A DNA stretch of 64,000 bases. Origin: a virus. Of this stretch, positions 8,933 to 20,905 are shown piece by piece (position 1 is the first letter of the stretch; every line of letters starts with the position of its first letter). The translations under genes were made by a program, and so were the position numbers. The stretch covers positions 1 through 64,000 of IMG/VR virus record IMGVR_UViG_3300016643_000133. The stretch is one strand, 5' to 3'. The notes under the pieces were generated by a model that made no database searches, had not been told where the DNA came from, and saw only the letters and a list, made by a program, of their open reading frames with translations.

Positions 8933-9367
8933 ATGGAAACATTAATAGAAATGATGAAAAAAGTGTTAGCCGATACATTTGCTTTGTATTTGAAAGCACA
9001 CCAGTATCATTGGAATGTAGAAGGTCAAAACTTTCCACAATACCACGAATTTTTTGGCAACTTATATGAAGAACTGCATGATGCGGTTGACCCAATAGCC
9101 GAGCAAGTTCGTGCCTTAGATGCCTATGCGCCTGGTTCTTTTACTCGCTTCATGGAACTCACAGATATTGAAGATGAAGTAACTGTGCCAGCTGGTGTTG
9201 AAATGGCTCGCCGGTTAATGACTGACAATGAAAAGGTAATTGGTACTCTCAACATTGCTTTCAAACTTGCAGAACAATTGGACAAACAAGGCCTTGCTGA
9301 CTTTTTAGCTGGTCGTATTGATATTCATAATAAACACCAATGGATGCTCCGTAGCATCACAAAATAA
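8933..9367 (+). CDS. dps: Dps/ferritin-like DNA protection protein
   Basis: KAHQYHWNVEG..F..YHEFF...D.IAE ferroxidase signature; HQWML. Confidence 0.92.
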   Translation: METLIEMMKKVLADTFALYLKAHQYHWNVEGQNFPQYHEFFGNLYEELHDAVDPIAEQVRALDAYAPGSFTRFMELTDIEDEVTVPAGVEMARRLMTDNEKVIGTLNIAFKLAEQLDKQGLADFLAGRIDIHNKHQWMLRSITK

Positions 9368-10990
<1,623 letters not shown>

Positions 10991-11044
10991 AAACATAAAT
11001 ACACTATAAAAACGAATTTGACCCAATAACAAGAGGAGAAATCC

Positions 11045-12730
11045 ATGGCATTTCAACTATCCGCTGGGGTAAATGTATCAGAAATTGACCTGACTACAAT
11101 TGTCCCATCAGTCGCCACATCAATTGGCGCCTTTGCCGGTCCGTTTGCTTGGGGTCCAGCTGGTGAAATCATCACTATATCCGATGAGATTCGTCTTGCC
11201 GATACATTTGGCAATCCGGATTCTACAAATTATGAATACTGGTTCTCAGCCGCAAACTTTTTGGCATATTCCAATAACCTGAAAATTGTTCGTGCAGTCA
11301 ATACTGCCGCACAAACTCGCAACGCTTTGGCAAATACAGCTGCCACCCTTTTGATTCAGAACGATGATAGTTGGTTTAATAACTATCAAAACGGTTCTGG
11401 AAACACATATGGTGAATTTGCTGCTCGTTATGCCGGTGCTTTAGGTAACTCACTTAAAGTTTCTTTAGCTGACGCTAATACTTTCAGCACTTGGGTTTAT
11501 AACAATAACTTTACTTCAGCACCAAATACTTCTACCTATGTTACAAATGTTGGCGGTGGGTTTGACGAAGTTCATGCTGTTGTTGTTGACGAAGATGGTA
11601 AATTTACTGGTACTGCAAACACAGTTTTAGAAGTTTTTGCCTTCATGTCTAAGGCTTCAGATGCTAAAGATGATAGTGGTAACTCTAGCTATTACAAAAA
11701 TGTAATTGAAACTCAATCAAAGTATATTCACTGGATGGACCACCCAACGACCGCAACTGGTACTGCGTGGGGTTCTGCTGCTAATACTTCTAATTTTGCT
11801 AATCTGACTTCTGTTGTTACTCGTTCACTTGGCAATGGTGCTGACGGCACAATTTCTACCGCCAATGTGGTAACTGCATACGATTATTTTGACCCGGCTG
11901 AATCAGTAGATATTTCTCTGGTTATTTCTGGCCCAGCAAATCAAACAATTGCTGATAGCTTGATTACGATGGCAACAACTCGTAAAGATTGCTTAGTGTT
12001 CCTGTCGCCAGAGAAAGCAGATGTTGTGAACAATGCTGGTTCTGAAGTTACAGATATTCGTGCATACCGTGATACACTTACCTCTACCTCTTATGCGGTA
12101 TTAGATGGTAACTGGAAGTATCAGTATGACAAATATAACGATGTTTACCGCTGGGTTCCATGTAATGGTGACATTGCTGGTCTCTGCGCTCGTACCGATT
12201 TAGAGCGTGACCCATGGTATTCACCAGGTGGTCTGAATCGTGGTATTCTGAAGAATGTCATTAAGTTGGCCTTTAACCCAACGAAAACAAATCGTGACGA
12301 TATGTATGTAAAAGGCATTAACCCAATTGTTTCTTTCCAAGGCGAAGGTACAGTTCTGTTTGGCGATAAGACGATGTTGAGCAAACCATCTGCGTTTGAC
12401 CGCATCAATGTTCGCCGTCTGTTCATTGTGCTTGAGAAAGCAATTAGCCGTGCCGCAAGATTCTCATTGTTTGAATTTAATGACCAGTTTACCCGTGCTC
12501 AGTTTGTAGCACTTGTAGAACCGTTCTTGCGTGATGTGCAAGGTCGCCGTGGTATTACTGACTTCCGTGTTGTCTGTGATGAGACAAACAATACACCAGA
12601 AGTTATTGACCGCAACGAATTTGTTGGCGATATCTACATCAAACCTGCTCGTTCAATTAACTTCATTCAACTTAACTTTGTGGCAGTTCGCACAGGTGTT
12701 TCGTTTGATGAGGTTGTAGGACAGTTCTAA
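11045..12730 (+). CDS. gp18: Tail sheath protein gp18
   Basis: SAGVNVSEIDLT; FDRINVRRLF; IKPARSINFIQLNF; CATAAATA at 10994. Confidence 0.97.
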   Translation: MAFQLSAGVNVSEIDLTTIVPSVATSIGAFAGPFAWGPAGEIITISDEIRLADTFGNPDSTNYEYWFSAANFLAYSNNLKIVRAVNTAAQTRNALANTAATLLIQNDDSWFNNYQNGSGNTYGEFAARYAGALGNSLKVSLADANTFSTWVYNNNFTSAPNTSTYVTNVGGGFDEVHAVVVDEDGKFTGTANTVLEVFAFMSKASDAKDDSGNSSYYKNVIETQSKYIHWMDHPTTATGTAWGSAANTSNFANLTSVVTRSLGNGADGTISTANVVTAYDYFDPAESVDISLVISGPANQTIADSLITMATTRKDCLVFLSPEKADVVNNAGSEVTDIRAYRDTLTSTSYAVLDGNWKYQYDKYNDVYRWVPCNGDIAGLCARTDLERDPWYSPGGLNRGILKNVIKLAFNPTKTNRDDMYVKGINPIVSFQGEGTVLFGDKTMLSKPSAFDRINVRRLFIVLEKAISRAARFSLFEFNDQFTRAQFVALVEPFLRDVQGRRGITDFRVVCDETNNTPEVIDRNEFVGDIYIKPARSINFIQLNFVAVRTGVSFDEVVGQF

Positions 12731-12753
12731 ATAGAGAAACAGGAGAAAAATAA

Positions 12754-13299
12754 ATGGCATTCAATGTAAACGAATTTAGAAGCCAAATGGTTGGTGACGG
12801 TGCTCGTCCTAACCTGTTTGAAGTTTCTATGCCGTTCCCTGGTTTCTCTGCGCCAGGTAACGCACAAACAAAATTATCATTTATGTGCAAAACAGCACAA
12901 CTACCAGGTTCAACACTTGGTGTTGTGCCTGTTCAATACTTTGGTCGTGAGCTTAAATTTGTAGGCAACAGAACATTTGCTGACTGGACAATTACAGTTA
13001 TCAATGATGAAGATTTCGTTATTCGTAACGCCTTTGAGCGTTGGATGAACGGCATCAATTCACATAACCTGAATGTCCGTAACCCGGCTGCACTTTCACC
13101 ACTTGGCTATACAGTTGATGGTGAAGTCACTCAGTTTGGTAAAAACGGCAATTCTCTGAAGAAATACAAATTTGTAGGACTCTTCCCAAGTGATGTAACT
13201 CCAATTGATGTTGATTGGGGTTCAAATGACACAATTGAGGAGTTTTCTGTAACTCTCACCTATCAATGGTGGGAAGCAGTAGCAGACGGTGTAGTGTAA
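12754..13299 (+). CDS. gp19: Tail tube protein gp19
   Basis: GARPNLFEV; RTFADWTITVINDEDF; IEEFSVT. Confidence 0.96.
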   Translation: MAFNVNEFRSQMVGDGARPNLFEVSMPFPGFSAPGNAQTKLSFMCKTAQLPGSTLGVVPVQYFGRELKFVGNRTFADWTITVINDEDFVIRNAFERWMNGINSHNLNVRNPAALSPLGYTVDGEVTQFGKNGNSLKKYKFVGLFPSDVTPIDVDWGSNDTIEEFSVTLTYQWWEAVADGVV

Positions 13300-13300
13300 G

Positions 13301-13322
13301 AAGAAGGGCTTCGGCCTTTCTT
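13301..13322 (+). terminator. cUUCGg hairpin after gp19
   Basis: AAGAAGGGC-TTCG-GCCTTTCTT; T4-typical tetraloop. Confidence 0.75.
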
Positions 13323-13345
13323 CAATTTTATAGGATGATTTATTA

Positions 13346-15001
13346 ATGGCTATTAGGCTCTTTGGCTTCACCCTAGGCAAAAAAGATGTTGTTCAGGAAC
13401 AACCTCCTGAGCAACCCTCTTTTGCACTTCCAACTCCTGCACTTGATGACGGTGCAGTTACTATTACTCAAAATGCCTACTATGGTACATATGTTGACCT
13501 AGAAGGCGCAGTTCGGAATGAGTTAGAATTAATTACTCGTTACCGTGAAATGTCAAACCATCCAGAATTAGAAATGGCAATTGATGATATTGTCAATGAA
13601 GCTATTTCGCATGATGATTCTGGTCGCACAGTTAACATTGTCTTAGATAAACTTAAACAACCAGAAACAGTTAAAAAGAAAATTACAGAAGAATTTGAAA
13701 ATGTTCTTCGTATGTTAAACTTTGGCAACCTTTCTGATGACTTGTTTAAGCGTTGGTATATTGATGGTCGCATTTATTACCATGTTGTAGTAAACGATAA
13801 AGACCCAAAATCAGGCATACAAGAACTGCGTTACATTGACCCACGCAAGATTCGCAAAGTAAGAGAAGTTAAAAAAGAGCGTGACATAAAAACTGGTGCA
13901 GATATTATTAAATCTATTGCTGAATACTATGTCTATACTGACCGTGGTATTGCAACACAATCATATGGCTCATCAGTAAATGCCGGCCTTCGTATTGCAC
14001 CAGATGCTATCATTAATGTGAACTCTGGTTTAATGGATGCCAAAAATACATTTGTTATTTCTTACTTACACAAAGCAATTAAACCTCTCAATCAATTAAG
14101 AATGATTGAAGATGCGGTAGTTATCTATCGCCTCTCACGAGCACCAGAACGCCGTATTTTCTACATTGATGTAGGTAATTTACCAAGAGGTAAGGCTGAA
14201 CAATATATTCAGTCAATCATGGTCAAGTATCGTAACAAGATGGTTTACGATGCAAACACCGGTGAGTTGCGTGATGACCGCAAACACCTTTCAATGCTTG
14301 AAGATTTCTGGTTGCCACGCCGTGAAGGTGGTAAAGGCACAGAAATTACTACTCTACCAGCTGGTCAAAATCTTGGTGAGTTAGAAGATGTAAAATACTT
14401 CCGTCAAAAGTTATTGCAATCATTGAATGTGCCAATCTCTCGTTTAGAACCACAACAAGGTGGTATGATTGGTCTCGGTAGAACAACAGAAGTTACCCGT
14501 GATGAAGTTAAGTTTTTAAAATTCATCATTCGTCTACGCAATAAGTTTTCGCAAATCTTTGACCATGCTTTAGAGAAACAATTAGTTCTCAAAGGCATTT
14601 GTACCAAAGAAGAATGGGACGAATTCAAAGAACAGATTTACTATGATTATGTAAAAGATAATAACTTTACAGAACTGCGTGATGCAGAGTTGTTGCAGAA
14701 TCGTGTTCAAACATTGGCAGTTGTTGACCCTTATGTTGGTCGTTATTTCTCTGCTCAATGGGTTCGTAAAAACATTCTTCAACAAACTGAAGAAGATATT
14801 ATCAATATTGATAAACAAATTAAAAAAGAATCTGATGATGGTACTGGCGGACCAACAATGCCGCCACAAGAACAGGCAGACCAATCTGCTATGGCAGAAC
14901 AATACCCACCTGAAGATAATACTGGTTCTGATAATGAATCAATGACCCCTATGTTAGATGCTGAGGTAGAAAAATATTCAGCATTACTAAATAGGCGCTA
15001 A
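13346..15001 (+). CDS. gp20: Portal protein gp20
   Basis: RAPERRIFYIDVGNLP; EDFWLPRREGGKGTEITTLP. Confidence 0.97.
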   Translation: MAIRLFGFTLGKKDVVQEQPPEQPSFALPTPALDDGAVTITQNAYYGTYVDLEGAVRNELELITRYREMSNHPELEMAIDDIVNEAISHDDSGRTVNIVLDKLKQPETVKKKITEEFENVLRMLNFGNLSDDLFKRWYIDGRIYYHVVVNDKDPKSGIQELRYIDPRKIRKVREVKKERDIKTGADIIKSIAEYYVYTDRGIATQSYGSSVNAGLRIAPDAIINVNSGLMDAKNTFVISYLHKAIKPLNQLRMIEDAVVIYRLSRAPERRIFYIDVGNLPRGKAEQYIQSIMVKYRNKMVYDANTGELRDDRKHLSMLEDFWLPRREGGKGTEITTLPAGQNLGELEDVKYFRQKLLQSLNVPISRLEPQQGGMIGLGRTTEVTRDEVKFLKFIIRLRNKFSQIFDHALEKQLVLKGICTKEEWDEFKEQIYYDYVKDNNFTELRDAELLQNRVQTLAVVDPYVGRYFSAQWVRKNILQQTEEDIINIDKQIKKESDDGTGGPTMPPQEQADQSAMAEQYPPEDNTGSDNESMTPMLDAEVEKYSALLNRR

Positions 15002-15013
15002 ACGGAGAATATA

Positions 15014-15226
15014 ATGGACACACAAACTTTTATTAATCAAGTTGCAGCTGGAGATGCAGTAGGTGCTAAAGACCTATTGAATGATTTGTTGGCTGCAAAA
15101 GCTTTTGAAGCACTTGATGCCAAAAAAATTGAACTGGCACAATCTGTTTTCACAGGTAAAGAAGTAGAAGATGAACTGGATATTGAAGTTCAGGACACGG
15201 CAGATACGCCAGTAGAACAAGAGTAA
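15014..15226 (+). CDS. Small acidic prohead core protein (gp67-like position)
   Basis: Acidic 70 aa protein directly after the portal gene; ACTAAATA at 14986. Confidence 0.6.
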   Translation: MDTQTFINQVAAGDAVGAKDLLNDLLAAKAFEALDAKKIELAQSVFTGKEVEDELDIEVQDTADTPVEQE

Positions 15227-15227
15227 T

Positions 15228-16040
15228 ATGAAGGACTTGCAAAAGTTTCGCCAACTTGTAGAAGAAGAAAAGACGGACTATAGCAAGTTTGATATGTTAG
15301 TTCGTGCTGGTCTTGCCAATAAGGCACAACTATCACGGATACATCGCATTTTAGATAAGATGACCGAAGAGCGGCCACAGTTTAATAATGCTGATAGAGA
15401 GATTATGAGAAACCTGTTTAATCGTATGGTAGATTTAATTGCCAACAACAAACAAGTTTTTCAAAAGACAAGGCAAGCTATTCGTGAAGAATTAGAAGAA
15501 GCTGTAATAGACACTTCTGATTACAAAGTTGGTCCTTCTGGTCGTAAATATAAAGCTCATCGTATTAAAGTTGGTGATGTAGCATACGGCAAAGAAGATG
15601 ATATCAAAGAAGAATTTGAATTGGTAGAAGCACCAATTGACTTTGATAACGACCCACCATTTGTATTAGTATTAAAACGCCGTGCTATTAGAATGTATCC
15701 TGATAAAACAAAGGTTGCATTGTATTATAGCAAAACATTAGACAAGTATTTTTCTGTACCTTATGGCGGCCCAATGGGTGCTGTTGTTCAAGCAGAAGAA
15801 ACACAAATTGAAGAAGCTGTTATGGATCAGCTTCACAAAATAGTAAAAGAAAAACAGGCACAATCAGTTAAGTTTGGCAATGGTCAGTCAAAGAAGGTTG
15901 ACCATTTTACCGCATCTGCTATTACGCAAGTTCATAATGCTTTGAATGATGAGAATAAAAAGAAGTTTGCAGATATGGTTCATAAATCACCTGCACACTT
16001 AGCAAAAGCTTCTGACTTTGCCTTTAGTAGAGCAAAATGA
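15228..16040 (+). CDS. Putative internal head protein
   Basis: In the head module; multiple L/I/V-x-E sites resembling gp21 cleavage sites. Confidence 0.6.
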   Translation: MKDLQKFRQLVEEEKTDYSKFDMLVRAGLANKAQLSRIHRILDKMTEERPQFNNADREIMRNLFNRMVDLIANNKQVFQKTRQAIREELEEAVIDTSDYKVGPSGRKYKAHRIKVGDVAYGKEDDIKEEFELVEAPIDFDNDPPFVLVLKRRAIRMYPDKTKVALYYSKTLDKYFSVPYGGPMGAVVQAEETQIEEAVMDQLHKIVKEKQAQSVKFGNGQSKKVDHFTASAITQVHNALNDENKKKFADMVHKSPAHLAKASDFAFSRAK

Positions 16041-16474
16041 ATTTTATAGATTTAATATTGGCTGGTAAATTAGACGAAGCAAGGCAAGACCTAAGTAATC
16101 GTCTAGAAGAAATTGCTGCAAAACGATTAGAAGAAGCAAAGCGTTATGTGCAAGCAGATTGTTTTGAAGAACTTGAAGAAGCTGTTAAGAGAAATCCTAA
16201 TATAGTTCGTCAAGGTAGAATACAAAAAATTCGCCGTAGAATTCGGCGTAATGCAAAGGGTCGCATCGTGGTTCAAAAGAATCGCAGACGCTCAGGCATT
16301 AAAGGTTATAGAATTGTTGGTGGTACGGTTCGCCGTATACCAGCAAATGTAAGATTAAGAAAGGCCCGCTTATTGAAGCGGTCATGGAAGACAACAAGAA
16401 GAGCTAAACTTCGCCGCAGTTTATTGAAAAGAAAAATGTCAATGCGTAGGCGAGCATCTATAGGACTAAGATAA
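16037..16474 (+). CDS. Arg-rich prohead core protein (gp68-like position)
   Basis: Acidic N-terminus followed by an extremely Arg/Lys-rich C-terminal ~95 aa. Confidence 0.65.
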   Translation: MNFIDLILAGKLDEARQDLSNRLEEIAAKRLEEAKRYVQADCFEELEEAVKRNPNIVRQGRIQKIRRRIRRNAKGRIVVQKNRRRSGIKGYRIVGGTVRRIPANVRLRKARLLKRSWKTTRRAKLRRSLLKRKMSMRRRASIGLR

Positions 16475-16475
16475 A

Positions 16476-16844
16476 ATGCCATTTGAAATTATCAACGCAG
16501 TTAGAGCCAAATCAACAATTCGTATTGTTGGTGGTGTAGCTAACACACATATAAACTTATCATCTCTTTCTGCTCAAACAGATGAAACTGTAACTTCGGC
16601 CGCTATTGCTCAGGTGTCTTGTTCAACAAACGGCATCTATAGAATTTATAGAGGTAATAGTAGCGCTGGCACTTTAATATTAGAACTTTGCACACCAGCA
16701 AACCTTGTTCTGTATGAATACGATATTACTTTTGCTAATAATGCAACCGCTAATGTTTTTGTTGAACACACAGGCACCGCAGGAACTTTGGTAATGCAAT
16801 TAGCAAAATCGGCTACATATAGCCCAGCACTCACAGGAATGTAA
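16476..16844 (+). CDS. Hypothetical head-module protein
   Basis: Tightly packed ORF between the core genes and gp21. Confidence 0.65.
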   Translation: MPFEIINAVRAKSTIRIVGGVANTHINLSSLSAQTDETVTSAAIAQVSCSTNGIYRIYRGNSSAGTLILELCTPANLVLYEYDITFANNATANVFVEHTGTAGTLVMQLAKSATYSPALTGM

Positions 16845-16845
16845 T

Positions 16846-17496
16846 ATGAAACTTATTACCGAAATGATAGACAATGTAAAGTATCTTACCGAAAAGACAG
16901 AAGATGGTAAGAAAAAACTTTTCATTGAAGGCACATTTTTAGTTGGCGACCAAGTCAACAAAAACAATCGTATGTATAAAATGGATACACTTCGTAATGA
17001 AGTTGCCCGTTATACAGAAGAATTCATCAACACCAATCGTGCATTAGGTGAATTAGGTCATCCAGATACACCATCAATTAACCTTGAGCGTGTGTCGCAC
17101 AAAATTGTATCTCTCAAAGAAGATGGCAATACCTTTTATGGTAAGGCTCTTATTCTTGGTACACCTTATGGTCAAATCGTTGAGAACTTTATCAACAACG
17201 ATATCCAAGTTGGTGTATCTTCCAGAGCTCTTGGTTCTTTACAACAGACCAGAGAGGGTTACAACCTTGTTCAGGATGACTTAAAGTTAGCTACAGCAGC
17301 TGACATTGTTGCCGACCCATCGGCGCCAGGTGCGTTTGTTCAAGGTATTATGGAGAACAAAGAATGGATGATGATTGACGGCAAGTTTGTGGAAGCAGAT
17401 TTTGACCGTGCAAAGAGAACTATTCAGAGAGCTTCCAAGTCACAAATAGAGGAAACTGCTCTTAAATTGTTTGAAAACTACCTCAGAAAACTTTAA
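16846..17496 (+). CDS. gp21: Prohead protease gp21
   Basis: MKLITE; RALGELGHPD; GVSSRALGSL; DIVADPSAPGAFV. Confidence 0.96.
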   Translation: MKLITEMIDNVKYLTEKTEDGKKKLFIEGTFLVGDQVNKNNRMYKMDTLRNEVARYTEEFINTNRALGELGHPDTPSINLERVSHKIVSLKEDGNTFYGKALILGTPYGQIVENFINNDIQVGVSSRALGSLQQTREGYNLVQDDLKLATAADIVADPSAPGAFVQGIMENKEWMMIDGKFVEADFDRAKRTIQRASKSQIEETALKLFENYLRKL

Positions 17497-17529
17497 TTTT
17501 ATAAATAAGAAATCATAAGGAGATTCCTA

Positions 17530-18612
17530 ATGGCAACAAATAAACTCATGGAAGCCGCAGCAGAAATCTTGTCGTCAAGCAAGAAATCAGCTCCAGCTAT
17601 GCCGCCTGAAAAACTGGCCGGTGAAGTCCACGATGCTGGCGGTCCAACACCACAAAATTATAAGAACGATGATGATTCTGCAAAGATTACGCCATCGTCT
17701 AAGAGTGCTACGGCACCTACAACCAAACCTTCTGATGCTTCTCCAGATACCCAACTTAAAGTTGGTGGCGGCAAAAAGCAAATGAAAGAAGATGAGATTA
17801 AATCTGATTCTGTCATTGCTGAAAAGTCCCATGAAATGGAAGATGAAGATGAGGATGATGAAGAAGATAAAAAAGAAATGAAGAAAAAGATGAAAGAGGA
17901 TGTTGACGCTCTCTTTGCTGACGATTCTACCATTTCCGAAGAATTCAAATCCAAAGTTTCTACCATTTTTGAAGCTCGTGTTGCCGACCGTGTAACACAA
18001 ATTCAGGAAGAAACAGAAGCCAAATATGCTTCAATGCTTGAAGAAGCTGTTGAAGAAATCAAATCCGACCTTACCACTAAAGTAGATGACTACCTCAACT
18101 ATGTTGTTGAGCAGTGGTTGGCCGATAACGAAATTGCTATTGAGTCCGGTCTCCGTGCCGAACTCACCGAAGAATTCATTGCTGGTCTGCGTAACCTCTT
18201 TGCTGAACATTACATTGATGTTCCTACAGAGAAGGTTGACCTCGTTGATGAACTTGCTGGTAAAGTTGAAGAACTGGAAAGCAAACTCAACGAAGAAATT
18301 GAGCGTGGCATTAGTTTTGCCAAAGCTCTCGTAGAGTCCCGCAAGAGTGAAATTACCCGTGAAGTTACAGAAGGTCTTACGACTACACAAGCTGAAAAAG
18401 TAAAAACGCTCGCAGAGAGTGTTGAATTTTCCACAGAGGAAGAATACAAAGAGAAGCTTGAGACAATTCGTGAGAACTACTTTCCATCTGGTGTTAAAAA
18501 GGCCGATGAGACACAACTACACGAAAAGGTAGAAGAAACAGAAGAACAAAAAGTGATTGCTGATCCATTTGTTGCTGCTGTCTCTAAAGCAATTTCTAAA
18601 ACCAAAATTTAA
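17530..18612 (+). CDS. gp22: Prohead scaffold protein gp22
   Basis: Acidic coiled coil; VDDYLNYVVEQW; TATAAATA at 17500-17507. Confidence 0.93.
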   Translation: MATNKLMEAAAEILSSSKKSAPAMPPEKLAGEVHDAGGPTPQNYKNDDDSAKITPSSKSATAPTTKPSDASPDTQLKVGGGKKQMKEDEIKSDSVIAEKSHEMEDEDEDDEEDKKEMKKKMKEDVDALFADDSTISEEFKSKVSTIFEARVADRVTQIQEETEAKYASMLEEAVEEIKSDLTTKVDDYLNYVVEQWLADNEIAIESGLRAELTEEFIAGLRNLFAEHYIDVPTEKVDLVDELAGKVEELESKLNEEIERGISFAKALVESRKSEITREVTEGLTTTQAEKVKTLAESVEFSTEEEYKEKLETIRENYFPSGVKKADETQLHEKVEETEEQKVIADPFVAAVSKAISKTKI

Positions 18613-18639
18613 GTTTAAACAAAAATAGGAGACACTTAA

Positions 18640-19998
18640 ATGTATTTGTCCGAAAATCTACAAAAGAAATGGGAAGGTGTTCTGGACCATCCAGACCTGC
18701 CAGCTATTGCTGACCCATATCGTAAAGCCGTTACGGCTGTTATCCTTGAGAATCAAGCTCAAGAGATGACCAAAGCTGGTGAAATCCTGCAAGAAACAGG
18801 TTCGCCAACTAACTTTGCTGGTACAGGTGGTTTCAGCGGCTCTGCTGCTGCCGCTGGTCCTGTTGCCGGTTTTGACCCAATCCTGATTTCTCTGGTTCGC
18901 CGTTCGCTGCCAAACCTCATTGCTTATGATGTTTGCGGTGTTCAGCCAATGACCGGTCCTACAGGTCTCATTTTCGCAATGCGTTCCCGTTACAGCTCAC
19001 AAGGCGGTACAGAGGCATTCTACAATGAGGCTAACACTCAGTTTGGTGGTGCTAACACCGCTCTTGCTGCTGCTATTCAAAACCAGTTGACTTCTTTGGC
19101 CATCGCTGCTAACACGACAGAGACATTTGTTTCTAACGCTGCGGCTGCTAGTGCAATGACAACCGGTTCTGCTGAAGCTCTTGGCGACGGCGCTGCTGGT
19201 AACACATTCCAAGAAATGGCATTCTCCATTGAGAAAGTTACGGTTACTGCAAAGACCCGTGCTCTCAAAGCAGAATACTCCATGGAACTCGCACAAGACC
19301 TGAAAGCTGTTCATGGTCTGGATGCTGAGACAGAACTCGCTAACATTCTGTCCACAGAAATTCTCGCTGAAATCAACCGTGAAGTTATTCGTACCATCTA
19401 CGGTGTTGCTAAACTAGGCGCACAAGTCGGAACGACAACCCGTGGTACATTTGACCTTGACACCGACTCTAACGGTCGCTGGATGGTTGAAAAAGTTAAA
19501 GGTCTGGCTTTCCAGATTGAGCGTGAAGCTAATACAATTGCCAAAACGACTCGTAGAGGCAAAGGTAACATTATGATTTGTTCGTCTGATGTTGCTTCTG
19601 CTCTCGCAATGGCCGGCATCCTTGACTATCAATCTGCTCTGCAAGGTCAAGTTAACCTGACAGTTGACGATACTGGTAACACATTTGCTGGTACTCTGTT
19701 TGGTCGTATTAAGGTCTATATTGACCCATACTTCCCAGCTGGTTCCACAAACGAATTTGCAGTTGTTGGTTACAAAGGTTCCAACGCCTATGACGCAGGT
19801 ATTTTCTACTGCCCATATGTTCCTCTGCAAATGGTTCGTGCAGTTGATACTGGTACTTTCCAACCAAAGATTGGCTTCAAAACTCGTTACGGCCTCGTTG
19901 CTAACCCATTTGCGGAAGGCACATCGCAAGGTCTTGGCGCTTTGACAGCTCAGTCCAACAATTACTATCGTGGTTTTGCAATCAAGAACCTGATGTAA
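18640..19998 (+). CDS. gp23: Major capsid protein gp23
   Basis: GVQPMTGPTGLIFAMR; ELAQDLKAVHGLDAE; FYCPYVPLQM; FQPKIGFKTRYG. Confidence 0.98.
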   Translation: MYLSENLQKKWEGVLDHPDLPAIADPYRKAVTAVILENQAQEMTKAGEILQETGSPTNFAGTGGFSGSAAAAGPVAGFDPILISLVRRSLPNLIAYDVCGVQPMTGPTGLIFAMRSRYSSQGGTEAFYNEANTQFGGANTALAAAIQNQLTSLAIAANTTETFVSNAAAASAMTTGSAEALGDGAAGNTFQEMAFSIEKVTVTAKTRALKAEYSMELAQDLKAVHGLDAETELANILSTEILAEINREVIRTIYGVAKLGAQVGTTTRGTFDLDTDSNGRWMVEKVKGLAFQIEREANTIAKTTRRGKGNIMICSSDVASALAMAGILDYQSALQGQVNLTVDDTGNTFAGTLFGRIKVYIDPYFPAGSTNEFAVVGYKGSNAYDAGIFYCPYVPLQMVRAVDTGTFQPKIGFKTRYGLVANPFAEGTSQGLGALTAQSNNYYRGFAIKNLM

Positions 19999-20047
19999 TT
20001 AAACCAGAGTGTCATATAAGAATAATAATAGACACTCGCTGTAACTT

Positions 20048-20080
20048 AAAGACCCGCCCTAAAAAGCGGGTCTTTTTTTT
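20048..20080 (+). terminator. Rho-independent terminator after gp23
   Basis: AAAGACCCGC/GCGGGTCTTT stem plus T run; preceded by GAGTGTC/GACACTC hairpin (20007-20037). Confidence 0.9.
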
Positions 20081-20095
20081 CATATAAATAATGTT

Positions 20096-20302
20096 ATGAC
20101 TGATATCATAGTAATGTCTGATTTGCTTGATATACGAGCAAGAAAACTAAAAGAGTTAGAGTTCTACAATCAACAACTAAAAGAACTCCAACTAAAGATG
20201 GTATTCATTCAACAAGAAATAACTTTGACCAATCGTATTATCAACATGATTGAAAAAGAACAACTTATTGACATTGGTCTGCACATTAAAAGAACTACAT
20301 GA
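20096..20302 (+). CDS. Hypothetical coiled-coil protein
   Basis: TATAAATA at 20083-20090 directly upstream; ATGA overlap with the next gene. Confidence 0.7.
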   Translation: MTDIIVMSDLLDIRARKLKELEFYNQQLKELQLKMVFIQQEITLTNRIINMIEKEQLIDIGLHIKRTT

Positions 20303-20847
20303 CGGCACTTAACAGAAACCCTAGTAATCCTAACCCATTACAACCAAATAAATTCCTATTGACATTTGGCCGTGTACCAAATATGCAATACTTTTGCCAA
20401 AATGTTACGGTGCCAGGTATCTCTTTGTCGGAAGCCATCATTACAAACCCTTTTGTTGACCTCTATTCTCCAGGCGAAAAAGCCATTTATGATTTATTGA
20501 ATGTTACTTTTATCATTGATGAAGAATTAAAAGGTTGGTTAGAGATACACGATTGGATTCGTGCGATGACCTTTCCTGTTTCGTTCACAGAATATCAAAA
20601 GTTGCCTACATTAAACAGGTATCAATCTGCTTCTAAAGATATCAGTAAAAAGTTTCCACAATTTAGTGATGCCTCATTGACATTATTTTCGTCATCAAAT
20701 ACTGAATACTACCGATTCAAATTCTACGAAGTATTCCCAACAACACTCTCAACCTTCATTATGAATTCCCAGGATGGGCCAGACAACATATTAACTGCCG
20801 ATGCCACATTTCGGTATAGTTATTATGATGTTGAAAAATTGTTCTAA
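20299..20847 (+). CDS. gp3: Tail tube terminator gp3-like
   Basis: YFCQNVTVPGISL; FIIDEELKGWLEIHDW; FPTTLS; synteny. Confidence 0.85.
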   Translation: MTALNRNPSNPNPLQPNKFLLTFGRVPNMQYFCQNVTVPGISLSEAIITNPFVDLYSPGEKAIYDLLNVTFIIDEELKGWLEIHDWIRAMTFPVSFTEYQKLPTLNRYQSASKDISKKFPQFSDASLTLFSSSNTEYYRFKFYEVFPTTLSTFIMNSQDGPDNILTADATFRYSYYDVEKLF

Positions 20848-20853
20848 TACCGC

Positions 20854-20882
20854 TTGACTTTTTAACCAATCTTTGATATACT
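20854..20882 (+). promoter_or_regulatory. Sigma70-type promoter for uvsY
   Basis: TTGACT-N17-TATACT with extended -10 TG. Confidence 0.75.
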
Positions 20883-20905
20883 CCTGTTCAGGAGGCTTAT
20901 TGTTT

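Noticed and set aside
17587-19929. Long minus-strand ORFs opposite gp22/gp23 (and similar ones elsewhere)
   Set aside because: Shadow frames of highly biased coding sequence; no SD, promoter or recognisable motifs
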